Shown here one piece after another: positions 14,940 to 23,225 of a stretch of 36,045 bases of DNA. Source of the DNA: a virus; the IMG/VR virus record IMGVR_UViG_3300031965_000093, positions 1-36,045 of that record, one strand, 5' to 3'. Under the pieces are notes generated by a model. That model was not told the DNA's origin. It saw nothing but the letters and a program-made list of their open reading frames with translations, and did no database searches. The position numbers and the translations under genes were made by a program. Position 1 is the stretch's first letter; each line of letters starts with the position of its first letter.

Positions 14940-16961
14940 ATGTATCTTTTTATGTTTGAAAAACTACAAAAAACTTTAAAATCAAATACAGCCAACATCA
15001 AAGACTTTATATCAAAGAAGTCTTATAGTTATTCTGGCTTAATGTCTAACTTTAACTCTACTAATCTAAATTGGGGAGTAAATGAATTTATAAGTGCATA
15101 CAAAACAAGTCTTTATTTTAATAAGACTATTGATAAACGAGCTGAGAAAGTCGGTGAAATTCAATTTAAATTATTCAAAGGAGATAAAGAAATAACAGAA
15201 CACGAAGTGTTAAATATCCTTGCAAAACCAAACAAGTTTCATTCGGGAAATGAGTTTTTTTCTTTGTATCAGAAATATAAAGATTTAACAGGAGAAGTAT
15301 TTATTTTAAAAAAATCAGATAGCGACATATTTAAAGGAGATAAAGTAAAAGAATTATATTTGCTACCTCCACAAAGTATGAAAGTAAATTGGAGTGAAGA
15401 CGGAGAAATTGAAACCTTTGAATACAACCGGGGACAAGGTGGGACTGTAACTTATTTGCCAGAACAGATTATTTACGATTTTAGACCTGACCCAGCAAAT
15501 CCTATAAAACCATTAAGCCTAGCACAAGCAGGAATTAGAGCTATTGATACAGAAACACAGATTGATGAATACCAAGCCAATATTTTGAGAAATGGTGGAA
15601 AGGTAGAGGGAATATTTAAATTTAAAACACCTAACCTTAACAAGAAACAAGCGGAGGAATTAAAGGATAGTTATAAATCACAAGTATCTGGTGCTAAGAA
15701 ATCAGGCTTACCTTTATTTATGGGTGGAGATATGGAATACCAAAATACAGGACTAAGCCCCTCTGAATTGTCATACCTAGAATCAAAGAAAATCACTCTT
15801 GAAGATATTTTAATAATGACAGGAGTTCCGAAAGCAATTCTGGGTTCTTTTGATGAGATTAAATTTGATAATGCAGAAGCGAGCATTAGAATATTCTTAG
15901 CAGAAACTATCAATCCTTTGTTAAAGGCAATAGTAAATTCTTTGAATGAAGATAGTCTAATCCCTAATGATTTAGAATTGACCTATGTTGACCCAACACC
16001 TGCAAATATTGAAAGAAATTTAAAAATTGCAGAAAACGGAATTAAATATAGATATATAACTATAAACGAAGCAAGAGAAATAACAGGTCTTGAACCGATT
16101 GATAACGGTGATGAAATACCACAAGAGCCAATACAACAGCAACCTGTAACAAATAATAATTTTATAGTAAACAACGACAAAGAAAAGCTGGTTAGTAAAA
16201 AGAATATAGATGAAGAAGAAATTGTTCTACATCCTATGGCAAAAAGAGAAGCAAGAGAAAAACTATGGGATAGAGTAACAAAGAATATTGAAGAAGATGG
16301 AAGTGAATTTAAAACAATTATTGAAAGATATTTTAGAGATCAGAGAGATAGGGTTATTGAAAAAGTAGACCCGATTAAAAGTTTTAAAAAGGGTTTATTA
16401 GATGAAGTTTTTAATCAAGAATTAGAAATAAAATTAGGAGTAGAAACATTTCTGCCTTTCTTGACTACATTGCTTTCAAAATACGGACAAGATGCTATGG
16501 AAACAGCAGGGAGTAAATACAATTTCCATATAACAGGTAATATCGCTAGTTTCCTAGATAAAAAAGTAAATGTATTCGCAAGACAAATAAATGAAACAAC
16601 ATTTAAGAAATTAAAATCAGAATTTGAAGAAAGTTTTAATCAACAAGAAACTAGACCTGAATTAGTAAAAAGAATAAGACAAACTTACGGAGATATTACT
16701 AATTCAAGGGCAGAAACAATAGCAAGGACAGAAGTTCAAGGTGTTTCACAATATTCAAGATTAGAAGGATATAAACAAGCAGGATTAGAAACTAAAATTT
16801 GGGTTTGGTCAGCAGGAATTAAGGGAGGAGTAAGGGATAATCATCAGTCAATGGATGGCGATGAAGTTCCGATCAATCAGGTATTCTCAAATGGTTTGAA
16901 TCAACCAGCAGACCCTAATGGTCCAGCAGGAGAAGTAATTAACTGCATGTGCATTATATAA
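14940..16961 (+). CDS. Portal protein (HK97-family-like) fused to a C-terminal MuF/SPP1 gp7-like minor head domain
   Basis: Portal-like core (...QANILRNGGKVEGIF..., GLPLFMGGDMEYQNTGLSPSEL, TGVPKAILG). The C-terminus carries RAETIARTEVQGV...VRDNHQSMDGDEVP...GEVINCMC, the MuF signature. Confidence 0.8.
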   Translation: MYLFMFEKLQKTLKSNTANIKDFISKKSYSYSGLMSNFNSTNLNWGVNEFISAYKTSLYFNKTIDKRAEKVGEIQFKLFKGDKEITEHEVLNILAKPNKFHSGNEFFSLYQKYKDLTGEVFILKKSDSDIFKGDKVKELYLLPPQSMKVNWSEDGEIETFEYNRGQGGTVTYLPEQIIYDFRPDPANPIKPLSLAQAGIRAIDTETQIDEYQANILRNGGKVEGIFKFKTPNLNKKQAEELKDSYKSQVSGAKKSGLPLFMGGDMEYQNTGLSPSELSYLESKKITLEDILIMTGVPKAILGSFDEIKFDNAEASIRIFLAETINPLLKAIVNSLNEDSLIPNDLELTYVDPTPANIERNLKIAENGIKYRYITINEAREITGLEPIDNGDEIPQEPIQQQPVTNNNFIVNNDKEKLVSKKNIDEEEIVLHPMAKREAREKLWDRVTKNIEEDGSEFKTIIERYFRDQRDRVIEKVDPIKSFKKGLLDEVFNQELEIKLGVETFLPFLTTLLSKYGQDAMETAGSKYNFHITGNIASFLDKKVNVFARQINETTFKKLKSEFEESFNQQETRPELVKRIRQTYGDITNSRAETIARTEVQGVSQYSRLEGYKQAGLETKIWVWSAGIKGGVRDNHQSMDGDEVPINQVFSNGLNQPADPNGPAGEVINCMCII

Positions 16962-16997
16962 ATATGAGGAGTCATTAATAATTATTAATTTATAAAT

Positions 16998-18065
16998 ATG
17001 AAGAAATACGAAATATTTGGAGTAGAAATAAAAACAGTAAATGAGGAAAAAGGAACTCTCGAAGCTGTTTTTTCTACTCAAAACGAGGACAGACACGGAG
17101 ATGTCGTCATGCAAGATGGCTGGGACTTAAAAAATTTTAAAAAGAACCCTGTTATTTTGAACAGCCATAACTATGGAGATGCAACCGAAGTAATCGGTAA
17201 AGCAATCAATCCGAAAGTAGTTGATGGAAAATTAGAAGGTAAAATTGAATTTGCTGTTAATCAAAGTGAAAAAGCAAAAACTATTTTCAATCTTTACGCT
17301 GGTGGTTTTCTTAAAGCTTTCTCCGTTGGTTTTATTCCGCTTGAATTTGACGAAAAGGATTATTCAAAAATCACAAAAGCAGAATTATTAGAAGTTAGTG
17401 CTGTATCAGTGCCAGCAAATGCTATGGCTCTTGCTAAAGCAAAAGGTATTGATGTAAGCGTTTTAGAAAAAGAAAATGAATCAAACACAAATAATGAGGA
17501 TGAAAAAGATAATGGGGAAATTACCAAGGACAAAGGCGACAGTGGTAAAGATGAACGGAAAAAAGATAATGAAACCATTGAGCCAAACAAAAGAGTATCA
17601 AGCCGTGCAAAAGAGTTTGAAAACTGGGAAGATGCGGACAACGAAGTAAGACTCAAATTGAGAGATATAGACCATTTCAATGAAGGAACTTTTGAAAAGA
17701 TTACATATAAAGCAATTTCTCCTGTAATTAATGGAATTGTTGCTCTACCTATCGGAGAAACAAGGAAAGTATTACAAATGCTTATATTTCCAAAGATTGA
17801 AGGGTGGACATTGGATGATGCAAAGAAATACTGGTCTGTAAATCAAGAAGACATTATAAACTGGAAGAAATCTCTCGCTAGAAAATTAGATAAAAAAGAA
17901 TTTGTTAAATTTGCAGAAAAGACAGAAAGACAAGAAGAGAATTTATTGAAAGTTGCCAAATCAGTTATTGACGAAATGAATAAAGACCCTGAAATGAAGA
18001 AATTTGAAAGAAATAGAAAAATTAATCAAGCAGTTAGAAATTTACTGAAAGCAAAAGAACTTTAA
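16998..18065 (+). CDS. HK97-type prohead serine protease with a ~190-aa charged C-terminal extension (scaffold-like)
   Basis: EAVFSTQNEDRHGDVV, NSHNY...VIGKA, AFSVGFIPLEF, EVSAVSVPANAMA. The C-terminal half is D/E/K-rich. Confidence 0.8.
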   Translation: MKKYEIFGVEIKTVNEEKGTLEAVFSTQNEDRHGDVVMQDGWDLKNFKKNPVILNSHNYGDATEVIGKAINPKVVDGKLEGKIEFAVNQSEKAKTIFNLYAGGFLKAFSVGFIPLEFDEKDYSKITKAELLEVSAVSVPANAMALAKAKGIDVSVLEKENESNTNNEDEKDNGEITKDKGDSGKDERKKDNETIEPNKRVSSRAKEFENWEDADNEVRLKLRDIDHFNEGTFEKITYKAISPVINGIVALPIGETRKVLQMLIFPKIEGWTLDDAKKYWSVNQEDIINWKKSLARKLDKKEFVKFAEKTERQEENLLKVAKSVIDEMNKDPEMKKFERNRKINQAVRNLLKAKEL

Positions 18066-18152
18066 CAATTATTAAGAGATGATATGTGCATATATTATAA
18101 GGTCGTATAACCCTCGGCACGAGGCATCTAAAAAACATTAAAAACTTAATTA

Positions 18153-18172
18153 AATTAAAAAAATATTATGGA
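18153..18172 (+). promoter_or_regulatory. Shared 20-nt translation-initiation region AATTAAAAAAATATTATGGA (also at 21501-21520)
   Basis: Identical 20-mers span the start codons of the capsid and tail-tube genes. There is no SD-like purine core. Confidence 0.6.
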
Positions 18173-19496
18173 CGAATTAAAAAAATTGATTGCAAAACTT
18201 TTGAAAAAGGGATTTGCGACTGCTTCTGAAAAGAAAGCAGTTAGAGATATAGTAAAGGAACTTGACGGAGATGAGAATGAAGAAGTAGTGGAAGAAGTTG
18301 AAAAAGTTGAGAATTTGCCAGAGGAAGAAGAAACTCCTGATGATACAGAAGTTGAGAAAGGTTTGAAGAAACTTTTGTCAAAAGCTGTTAAGGAAGTTTC
18401 TGAAGATGTGAAGTCAGAAGTATCTGCTCATGTCAGAAAAGAACTTGCTAAAATCAAGCAAGGAGATGGTGTTTACCAAAATGATGTTAAAGAAGCGAGA
18501 AAAGGTATCAATCAAAAAATGGTTGGTATGTGTAAGTCTTTGTTTAGCGGAAACGAAGTAGCAATGAAAGATTTAACAACTGATGCAACAGGTAGCCCAT
18601 ACGGTGGATATACAGTTGATACAGAATTGTCTGCAGAAATTAGACATCTTATTACTGAATACGGAGTAGCATCAAGAGAGATGAATGCTTTGCAACTTTC
18701 AAAGCATAACTACAAGGCAAATAACCTTGCAACAGACGTTGTTACTTATTGGGTAGATGAAGCAGGTTCAATTAAATCATCACAAGCTGTTCTAGGACAA
18801 GGAACACTTGATTTGAACAAGATTGCAACAATCGTTTCATTTACAAGTGAGTTGCTTGAAGATTCTGAAATTGACTGGGTATCATTCATCGGAGGTAGAG
18901 TAGCCGAAGCAATGGCAGAAATGGAAGACGAAGCATTCTTTAATGGAGATGGAACATCAACATACGGATCATTCACAGGTCTATTGAATAACACTTCTGT
19001 AAACGAAGTTGTAATGACAGGAACAACATTTGCATCACTTGATGCTGATGATTTGATTGATATGGTTGATTCTACACCATCAGGAGCATTAGCAAATGCT
19101 AAGTTCTACATGAACAGAACAATTATGTCACTTGTTAGAAAGTTGAAAGATAGTAATAACGATTACATCTATCAAAGACCTTCAGAGAGTGGTCCAGCTA
19201 CAATTTGGGGTTACCCAGTAGTATTGGTTGAGGTTATGCCTACAACTAGCGATACTGCGGCTGACACTTCATTAATCCTATTTGGAGATTTGAAGAAAGC
19301 TTGTATCTACGGATTCAAAGGAGGTATCAAGGCTGATATATTCCGTTCAGGTTCTGTTAGAAATTCAGGTGATTCAGCTGATGTTAACTTGATTACAACT
19401 GACAGAGAAGCTATCAGATGGACAAGGAGAGTTGGTTACTTGGCTATTTTGCCAACTGCTGTAACTAAACTTACAACTGCAACGGCTAGTGCGTAG
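18168..19496 (+). CDS. Major capsid protein, HK97 fold, with an N-terminal delta-like domain
   Basis: GGYTVDTELSAEIRHLITEYGVASREM, VTYWVDEAGSIKSS, SFTSELLEDSEIDW, EDEAFFNGDGT. It directly follows the protease. Confidence 0.9.
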   Translation: MDELKKLIAKLLKKGFATASEKKAVRDIVKELDGDENEEVVEEVEKVENLPEEEETPDDTEVEKGLKKLLSKAVKEVSEDVKSEVSAHVRKELAKIKQGDGVYQNDVKEARKGINQKMVGMCKSLFSGNEVAMKDLTTDATGSPYGGYTVDTELSAEIRHLITEYGVASREMNALQLSKHNYKANNLATDVVTYWVDEAGSIKSSQAVLGQGTLDLNKIATIVSFTSELLEDSEIDWVSFIGGRVAEAMAEMEDEAFFNGDGTSTYGSFTGLLNNTSVNEVVMTGTTFASLDADDLIDMVDSTPSGALANAKFYMNRTIMSLVRKLKDSNNDYIYQRPSESGPATIWGYPVVLVEVMPTTSDTAADTSLILFGDLKKACIYGFKGGIKADIFRSGSVRNSGDSADVNLITTDREAIRWTRRVGYLAILPTAVTKLTTATASA

Positions 19497-19514
19497 TCTT
19501 ATAGTGGGGATTAC

Positions 19515-19531
19515 ATCGTAGTCCCTACGAT
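19515..19531 (+). other. Hairpin atcgtag-tcc-ctacgat downstream of the capsid gene
   Basis: 7-bp stem with a 3-nt loop and no T-run. Possibly an mRNA-stabilising or attenuating structure. Confidence 0.3.
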
Positions 19532-19546
19532 TAAGCCTAAGAAAAT

Positions 19547-19684
19547 ATGTATAAATATATTTATAAAAATAGAATAACAGGACAAAAAGTATATTCAAAC
19601 AAAAAATTAAATTTGCAATTTTTAGATTTGGTTAAAGAATTTAGAGATGGAAAATTAAAAGCTAATGAAATAATGAAAAAATAA
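19547..19684 (+). CDS. Small hypothetical ORF (45 aa, MYKYIYKNRITGQKVYSNKKLNLQFLDLVKEFRDGKLKANEIMKK)
   Basis: It fills the capsid/connector gap and ends 1 nt before the next ATG. Below the track cutoff. Confidence 0.3.
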   Translation: MYKYIYKNRITGQKVYSNKKLNLQFLDLVKEFRDGKLKANEIMKK

Positions 19685-19685
19685 T

Positions 19686-20294
19686 ATGGCTAAAAAAGGA
19701 TATACAACAGAATTAAAAATTGAGAGTTTCCTGAACACAACAATAACTACAGGTGCAGTTGATGATTATATTGAAGCATCAGAAAATATTATTGATAACA
19801 TTACTGGAAGAAACTTTATTGCTGATACAGTGGCTATCGCTAGAAAATATGATGGAAACGAAAGCCAAGACCTAGTCATTGATGATTGTGTAGAAATAAC
19901 AAAGGTAGAATTAGGAAGTAATTATTATGGAGATAGTTATTCAGAGATTTCAGATGGTGGAAGTGATGGATATTATCTGTTTCCTACCAATTATTCGGCT
20001 CTAGGCTATCCAATTAATAAAATACACCTTAGGAGTCGTATTTGGATAAAAGGTCTCGCAAATCACAGAATTACGGCAAAATGGGGGTATTCTGCAAGCG
20101 TTCCTGCTGATATCCAGTTTGCAACTACTATCCTAGCGAGCTTGATGTATAAATATGGGCGGTCTGGTGCAGTTGGAGGAGTAAAGAGCGAGAAGATAGG
20201 AGAATATGCAGTTACTTATGGAACAGCAGAAGAATTGGATAATTTGAAAAAGGTTGATGCGATTCTTAATCAATATAAAAAATACGAATTATGA
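19686..20294 (+). CDS. Head-tail connector (gp6-like) protein
   Basis: The position is right after the capsid gene. The N-terminus (YTTELKIESFLN...DDYIEASENIIDNITGRNF) resembles the connector/DNA-packaging family. Confidence 0.5.
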   Translation: MAKKGYTTELKIESFLNTTITTGAVDDYIEASENIIDNITGRNFIADTVAIARKYDGNESQDLVIDDCVEITKVELGSNYYGDSYSEISDGGSDGYYLFPTNYSALGYPINKIHLRSRIWIKGLANHRITAKWGYSASVPADIQFATTILASLMYKYGRSGAVGGVKSEKIGEYAVTYGTAEELDNLKKVDAILNQYKKYEL

Positions 20295-20593
20295 TAAGTG
20301 ATTTTTTTACAACAACATTTACCGTAACGAGAATGATTTGGAGTGGTGATAGCTCTGCCGAAGCTTCACAAGGAACTTTCTCAGGCCATATACAACAAGC
20401 AGAACCTGAATTGGCACAAAGTCTTGGATACGCATTTACTAGAACATTTAAAGTCTGGTGTGCGGTTGATACAGATGTTGAAGACGGGGATACACTAACG
20501 GTTGGAAATAATACATATTCAGTAAGAGCAAACAAGGTTTTGCAAGTAGGAGAAAATCAACATTTACAATTAATAATTGAAAAAGATGAGTAA
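20291..20593 (+). CDS. Head closure / head-tail adaptor protein
   Basis: Size of 100 aa, synteny, and a GDTLTV...YSVRA-type C-terminus. ATGA overlap with the upstream gene. Confidence 0.5.
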   Translation: MISDFFTTTFTVTRMIWSGDSSAEASQGTFSGHIQQAEPELAQSLGYAFTRTFKVWCAVDTDVEDGDTLTVGNNTYSVRANKVLQVGENQHLQLIIEKDE

Positions 20594-21038
20594 ATTTGGA
20601 ATAAAACAGATAGGATTTAAGGAATTAGAAAGGGCTATAAAAAGAAACCCAAAAGCAGTTGCTAGTGAAACAAAAAAATTTTTGACAAAAGGTATTGCTT
20701 TATATAACAGAACGATTGTCGGTAGTCCTTGGAAAGTAAATCAATCTGGTGGTGGTGTCCCAGTAGCGACATTAGAAAGTGCTGGTTATACAGGTGGACA
20801 AACAAAGCAATCTATAATTGTTGATACTTCTAAAAGATTTGAGGCAAGCATATACCCTGATCTGAAAATATTTAGAAAAACATGGAAAGGACTAACATAC
20901 CCTGAATTAGTCCATCAAGGAACTAGAAGAATGAAAAAAAGACCTTGGTTAGACTTCGCCAGAGAGAAAAATAAACGCAAGATAGGTAGTTTAGCAAGAG
21001 AATTATTAGCAAATATCACAAAAGATTTAGCAAGATAA
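20577..21038 (+). CDS. HK97 gp10-family tail-completion protein
   Basis: VHQGTRRMKKRPWLDFA is typical of the gp10 family. Synteny supports the call. Confidence 0.6.
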   Translation: MKKMSKFGIKQIGFKELERAIKRNPKAVASETKKFLTKGIALYNRTIVGSPWKVNQSGGGVPVATLESAGYTGGQTKQSIIVDTSKRFEASIYPDLKIFRKTWKGLTYPELVHQGTRRMKKRPWLDFAREKNKRKIGSLARELLANITKDLAR

Positions 21039-21039
21039 C

Positions 21040-21471
21040 ATGACAACAACAATATACCCAACATTAATATCAAAAATAAGGACAGTGCTTGAAGCAGTGA
21101 CTAAAATTAAGGTTGTTTATGATTACCCTATTACAAAGATTACTCAATATCCTGCTTGTATATTTTTACCTAGTAGTTTTGAGAATAATAAAGAAACAAA
21201 TCAGGAAAATTTTAAAACATACACATTCAAACTTTATGTTGTTATTGGAACTAAGCAAACAACAATGGATAATGCTTGGTCGGTAGTAATGCCAAAGACT
21301 TTGGATGCGGTATTACAGGCATTAGATGAAGGTTGGGATTTTGATACGATTGCAGGGCATAGAGTATGGACGAATGTTGAAACTGGTTTATGGAGTGTAT
21401 CAGAAGAACAAGACGGATTACAGATTACGGCAGAAATTGATTTAACAGCTAAACTTCTGACAGCAAGTTAG
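21040..21471 (+). CDS. Tail terminator-like protein
   Basis: Assigned from synteny (the last gene before the tail tube) and size only. Confidence 0.35.
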   Translation: MTTTIYPTLISKIRTVLEAVTKIKVVYDYPITKITQYPACIFLPSSFENNKETNQENFKTYTFKLYVVIGTKQTTMDNAWSVVMPKTLDAVLQALDEGWDFDTIAGHRVWTNVETGLWSVSEEQDGLQITAEIDLTAKLLTAS

Positions 21472-21500
21472 AAGATTGGTAAATATTATTAGTAATTATT

Positions 21501-21520
21501 AATTAAAAAAATATTATGGA
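21501..21520 (+). promoter_or_regulatory. Shared 20-nt translation-initiation region, second copy
   Basis: Identical to 18153-18172. Confidence 0.6.
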
Positions 21521-22502
21521 AATTATAGGAAAAGAAATCGAGGTAGGATTCGGTGTAGAAGAAACCCGAGGAACTGCACAAGGAACGGCAGAAAAGTGGA
21601 TGAAGAAAGTAACCGCTAATGTCGTTGAAAGAGCAGAAAAGGTTACAGACGATGCTTCTCGTGGTCGTCTTGAAGATTCAGACGGTAGCCGAATAGTTAA
21701 AAAATGGGTCGAGGGAGACATTGAGGGTATCGTTCATGCAGATGCTATCGGATATATTCTTTATAATCTTTACGGTTCTGTTTCTTCATCAGTTGTTTTG
21801 GGGTCAGTTTATGACCACGTGTTCAATATAAGTAATGCAATACAGCATGCTTCACTTTCAGTATTTATGAAAGACGGAGGAGTGCAACAATTATCAATGT
21901 CTAACTGTATGGTTGGAACTTTCAATCTATCAGGTGCAGTTGATGATTATGTAAGATTTACAACATCTATCATGGGGTCATCAGCAACAGACAATTCAGA
22001 TACTCCAAGTTACGATACTGAATATGATTTTATTGGAAAAGATATTGAAGTAAAAATTGCCGATTCAGAAGCAGGATTATCAGGAGCAACAGCAATTAAA
22101 GCAAAGAGTGTTGATGTAACATTCGATCAGGGGTTAATTTCAGACCACATTGTTGGACAATATGCACCTGATGATGTGTATAACTCAATGATGAGTATTG
22201 AAGGAGAAATTACTTTGAATTTTGCAAATGAAACATATAAGGATTTGTATCTAGCAGATACATCAAAATATATGCAAATTAAAATTCAAGGTTCGGCTGA
22301 TATAGGAGGAGGAAGTAACCCAACAATTACATTGCTACTTAACAAGGTTCAATTCCAAGATTGGAATAGAAGCGGTGGTAACGATGAATTGGTTGCAGAA
22401 ACACTTTCATTCAAAGCGTTTTACAATGCAACAGACGGAAAGCAATCACAGTTGACATTGAGAAACTTGACAACTGAATACAGCTCGCCAATTAGTGCCT
22501 AA
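21516..22502 (+). CDS. Major tail (tube) protein
   Basis: The position is between the head-tail genes and the chaperone/tape measure. It shares the capsid-gene leader and is followed by a strong hairpin. Confidence 0.55.
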   Translation: MEIIGKEIEVGFGVEETRGTAQGTAEKWMKKVTANVVERAEKVTDDASRGRLEDSDGSRIVKKWVEGDIEGIVHADAIGYILYNLYGSVSSSVVLGSVYDHVFNISNAIQHASLSVFMKDGGVQQLSMSNCMVGTFNLSGAVDDYVRFTTSIMGSSATDNSDTPSYDTEYDFIGKDIEVKIADSEAGLSGATAIKAKSVDVTFDQGLISDHIVGQYAPDDVYNSMMSIEGEITLNFANETYKDLYLADTSKYMQIKIQGSADIGGGSNPTITLLLNKVQFQDWNRSGGNDELVAETLSFKAFYNATDGKQSQLTLRNLTTEYSSPISA

Positions 22503-22509
22503 GTAAAAA

Positions 22510-22529
22510 GCCCGTCCTTTCGGGCGGGC
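22510..22529. terminator. Intrinsic terminator hairpin (8-bp GC-rich stem, tttc loop). It is bidirectional, with a T5 run on the minus strand.
   Basis: gcccgtcc-tttc-gggcgggc is flanked by aaaaa on the + strand, which reads TTTTT after the hairpin on the - strand. It lies between the convergent tail-tube and TM2 genes. Confidence 0.8.
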
Positions 22530-22535
22530 GATTTA

Positions 22536-22733
22536 CTAAGAAGTTCTTTCAAAATATTCTTCTGGTTTGCTGAAATATATAAAAAATTCCATTAAAGCAA
22601 TTAAGCTTGGAATATATGTCCAGCAAAACAAAAGATATAAAAGACCTTGTAAGTTTTCTTTTAAATAAAACTTATGTACTCCTATACCTCCAAGAAAGAG
22701 GGTTAGTAGTATGACAGTGGTTTTTTTACTCAT
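22536..22733 (-). CDS. TM2-domain small membrane protein (moron)
   Basis: LGGIGVHKFYLKENLQGLLYLLF matches the TM2 domain (two TM helices). It is the only convincing minus-strand gene. Confidence 0.7.
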   Translation of the reverse strand: MSKKTTVILLTLFLGGIGVHKFYLKENLQGLLYLLFCWTYIPSLIALMEFFIYFSKPEEYFERTS

Positions 22734-22767
22734 AGTTTTTTATTAACTTATAATTACAAATAATACA

Positions 22768-23025
22768 ATGAATTTAAAAAAAATAAAACTACCAAGTGGA
22801 AAAGAAGTGGAACTTGTAGAATATGTTGAAGCAGGTATTGTTTTAGACTTGCCTAAACAGAGTGATAGAGTGGAGTTTCTACTTAAAAATCTAATAGTTT
22901 CTTTTGAGGGTTCTAAAGAAAATGTTTACGAAGGAATAAGAAAATTAAATCTTAAAGATTACAGAGATTTAGATAACGAACTAACTAAACTAATGGACAA
23001 CGAGGAGGAAGGTTTAAAAGTTTAA
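22768..23025 (+). CDS. Tail assembly chaperone (gpG-like)
   Basis: 85 aa and acidic at the C-terminus, immediately upstream of the tape measure. A slippery heptamer lies 2 codons before its stop. Confidence 0.65.
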   Translation: MNLKKIKLPSGKEVELVEYVEAGIVLDLPKQSDRVEFLLKNLIVSFEGSKENVYEGIRKLNLKDYRDLDNELTKLMDNEEEGLKV

Positions 23026-23225
23026 TTGACCCTTATACACAGTATTTTGCAGGAAAGGGTCGCCTGTCAGAAAGAATGAACATACTAGAAATATGTATAA
23101 TAATGGGATGGGATTATCAAACTTACAGGAAACAACCGAAATGGATGATAGATCATATAGTAGCAAGAAGTATAGGAGAGAATAGATTTATTAAATGGGA
23201 AAACAAAAAATATGGCAGAAAATAG
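22768..23225 (+). CDS. Predicted G-T-like frameshift fusion (22768..23019 joined in the -1 frame to 23019..23225)
   Basis: The -1 frame reads ...SLIDPYTQYFAGKGRLSERMNILEICIIMGWDYQTYRKQPKWMIDHIVARSIGENRFIKWENKKYGRK* with no stop and ends just inside the tape-measure start. Confidence 0.55.
23013..23019 (+). promoter_or_regulatory. -1 programmed ribosomal frameshift slippery site T_TTA_AAA
   Basis: It has X_XXY_YYZ geometry in the zero frame (ggT TTA AAA gtt taa). The -1 frame is open from here to TAG at 23223-23225. Confidence 0.65.

Noticed and set aside
18112-18124. Short hairpin cctcg-gca-cgagg upstream of the capsid gene as a terminator
   Set aside because: It has only 5 bp and a 3-nt loop, with no T-run. 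That is too weak to call.
6377-21721. Other antisense track ORFs (6377-6706, 8812-9000, 9489-9686, 10255-10524, 11439-11921 set, 12283-12495, 12953-13240, 13902-14237, 14411-14635, 15671-16180, 16887-17114, 17360-17680, 18746-18994, 19374-19598, 20266-20535, 21503-21721)
   Set aside because: All are embedded in + strand genes that have recognisable family motifs. None has an independent signal.
243-22754. ATTATAAG octamer upstream of several starts (about 247-254, 18096-18103, 31687-31694, and minus strand 22747-22754) as a -10 consensus
   Set aside because: It is an A/T-rich 8-mer expected several times by chance in 72 kb of AT-rich sequence. Two of the four copies are just the 39-bp repeat.
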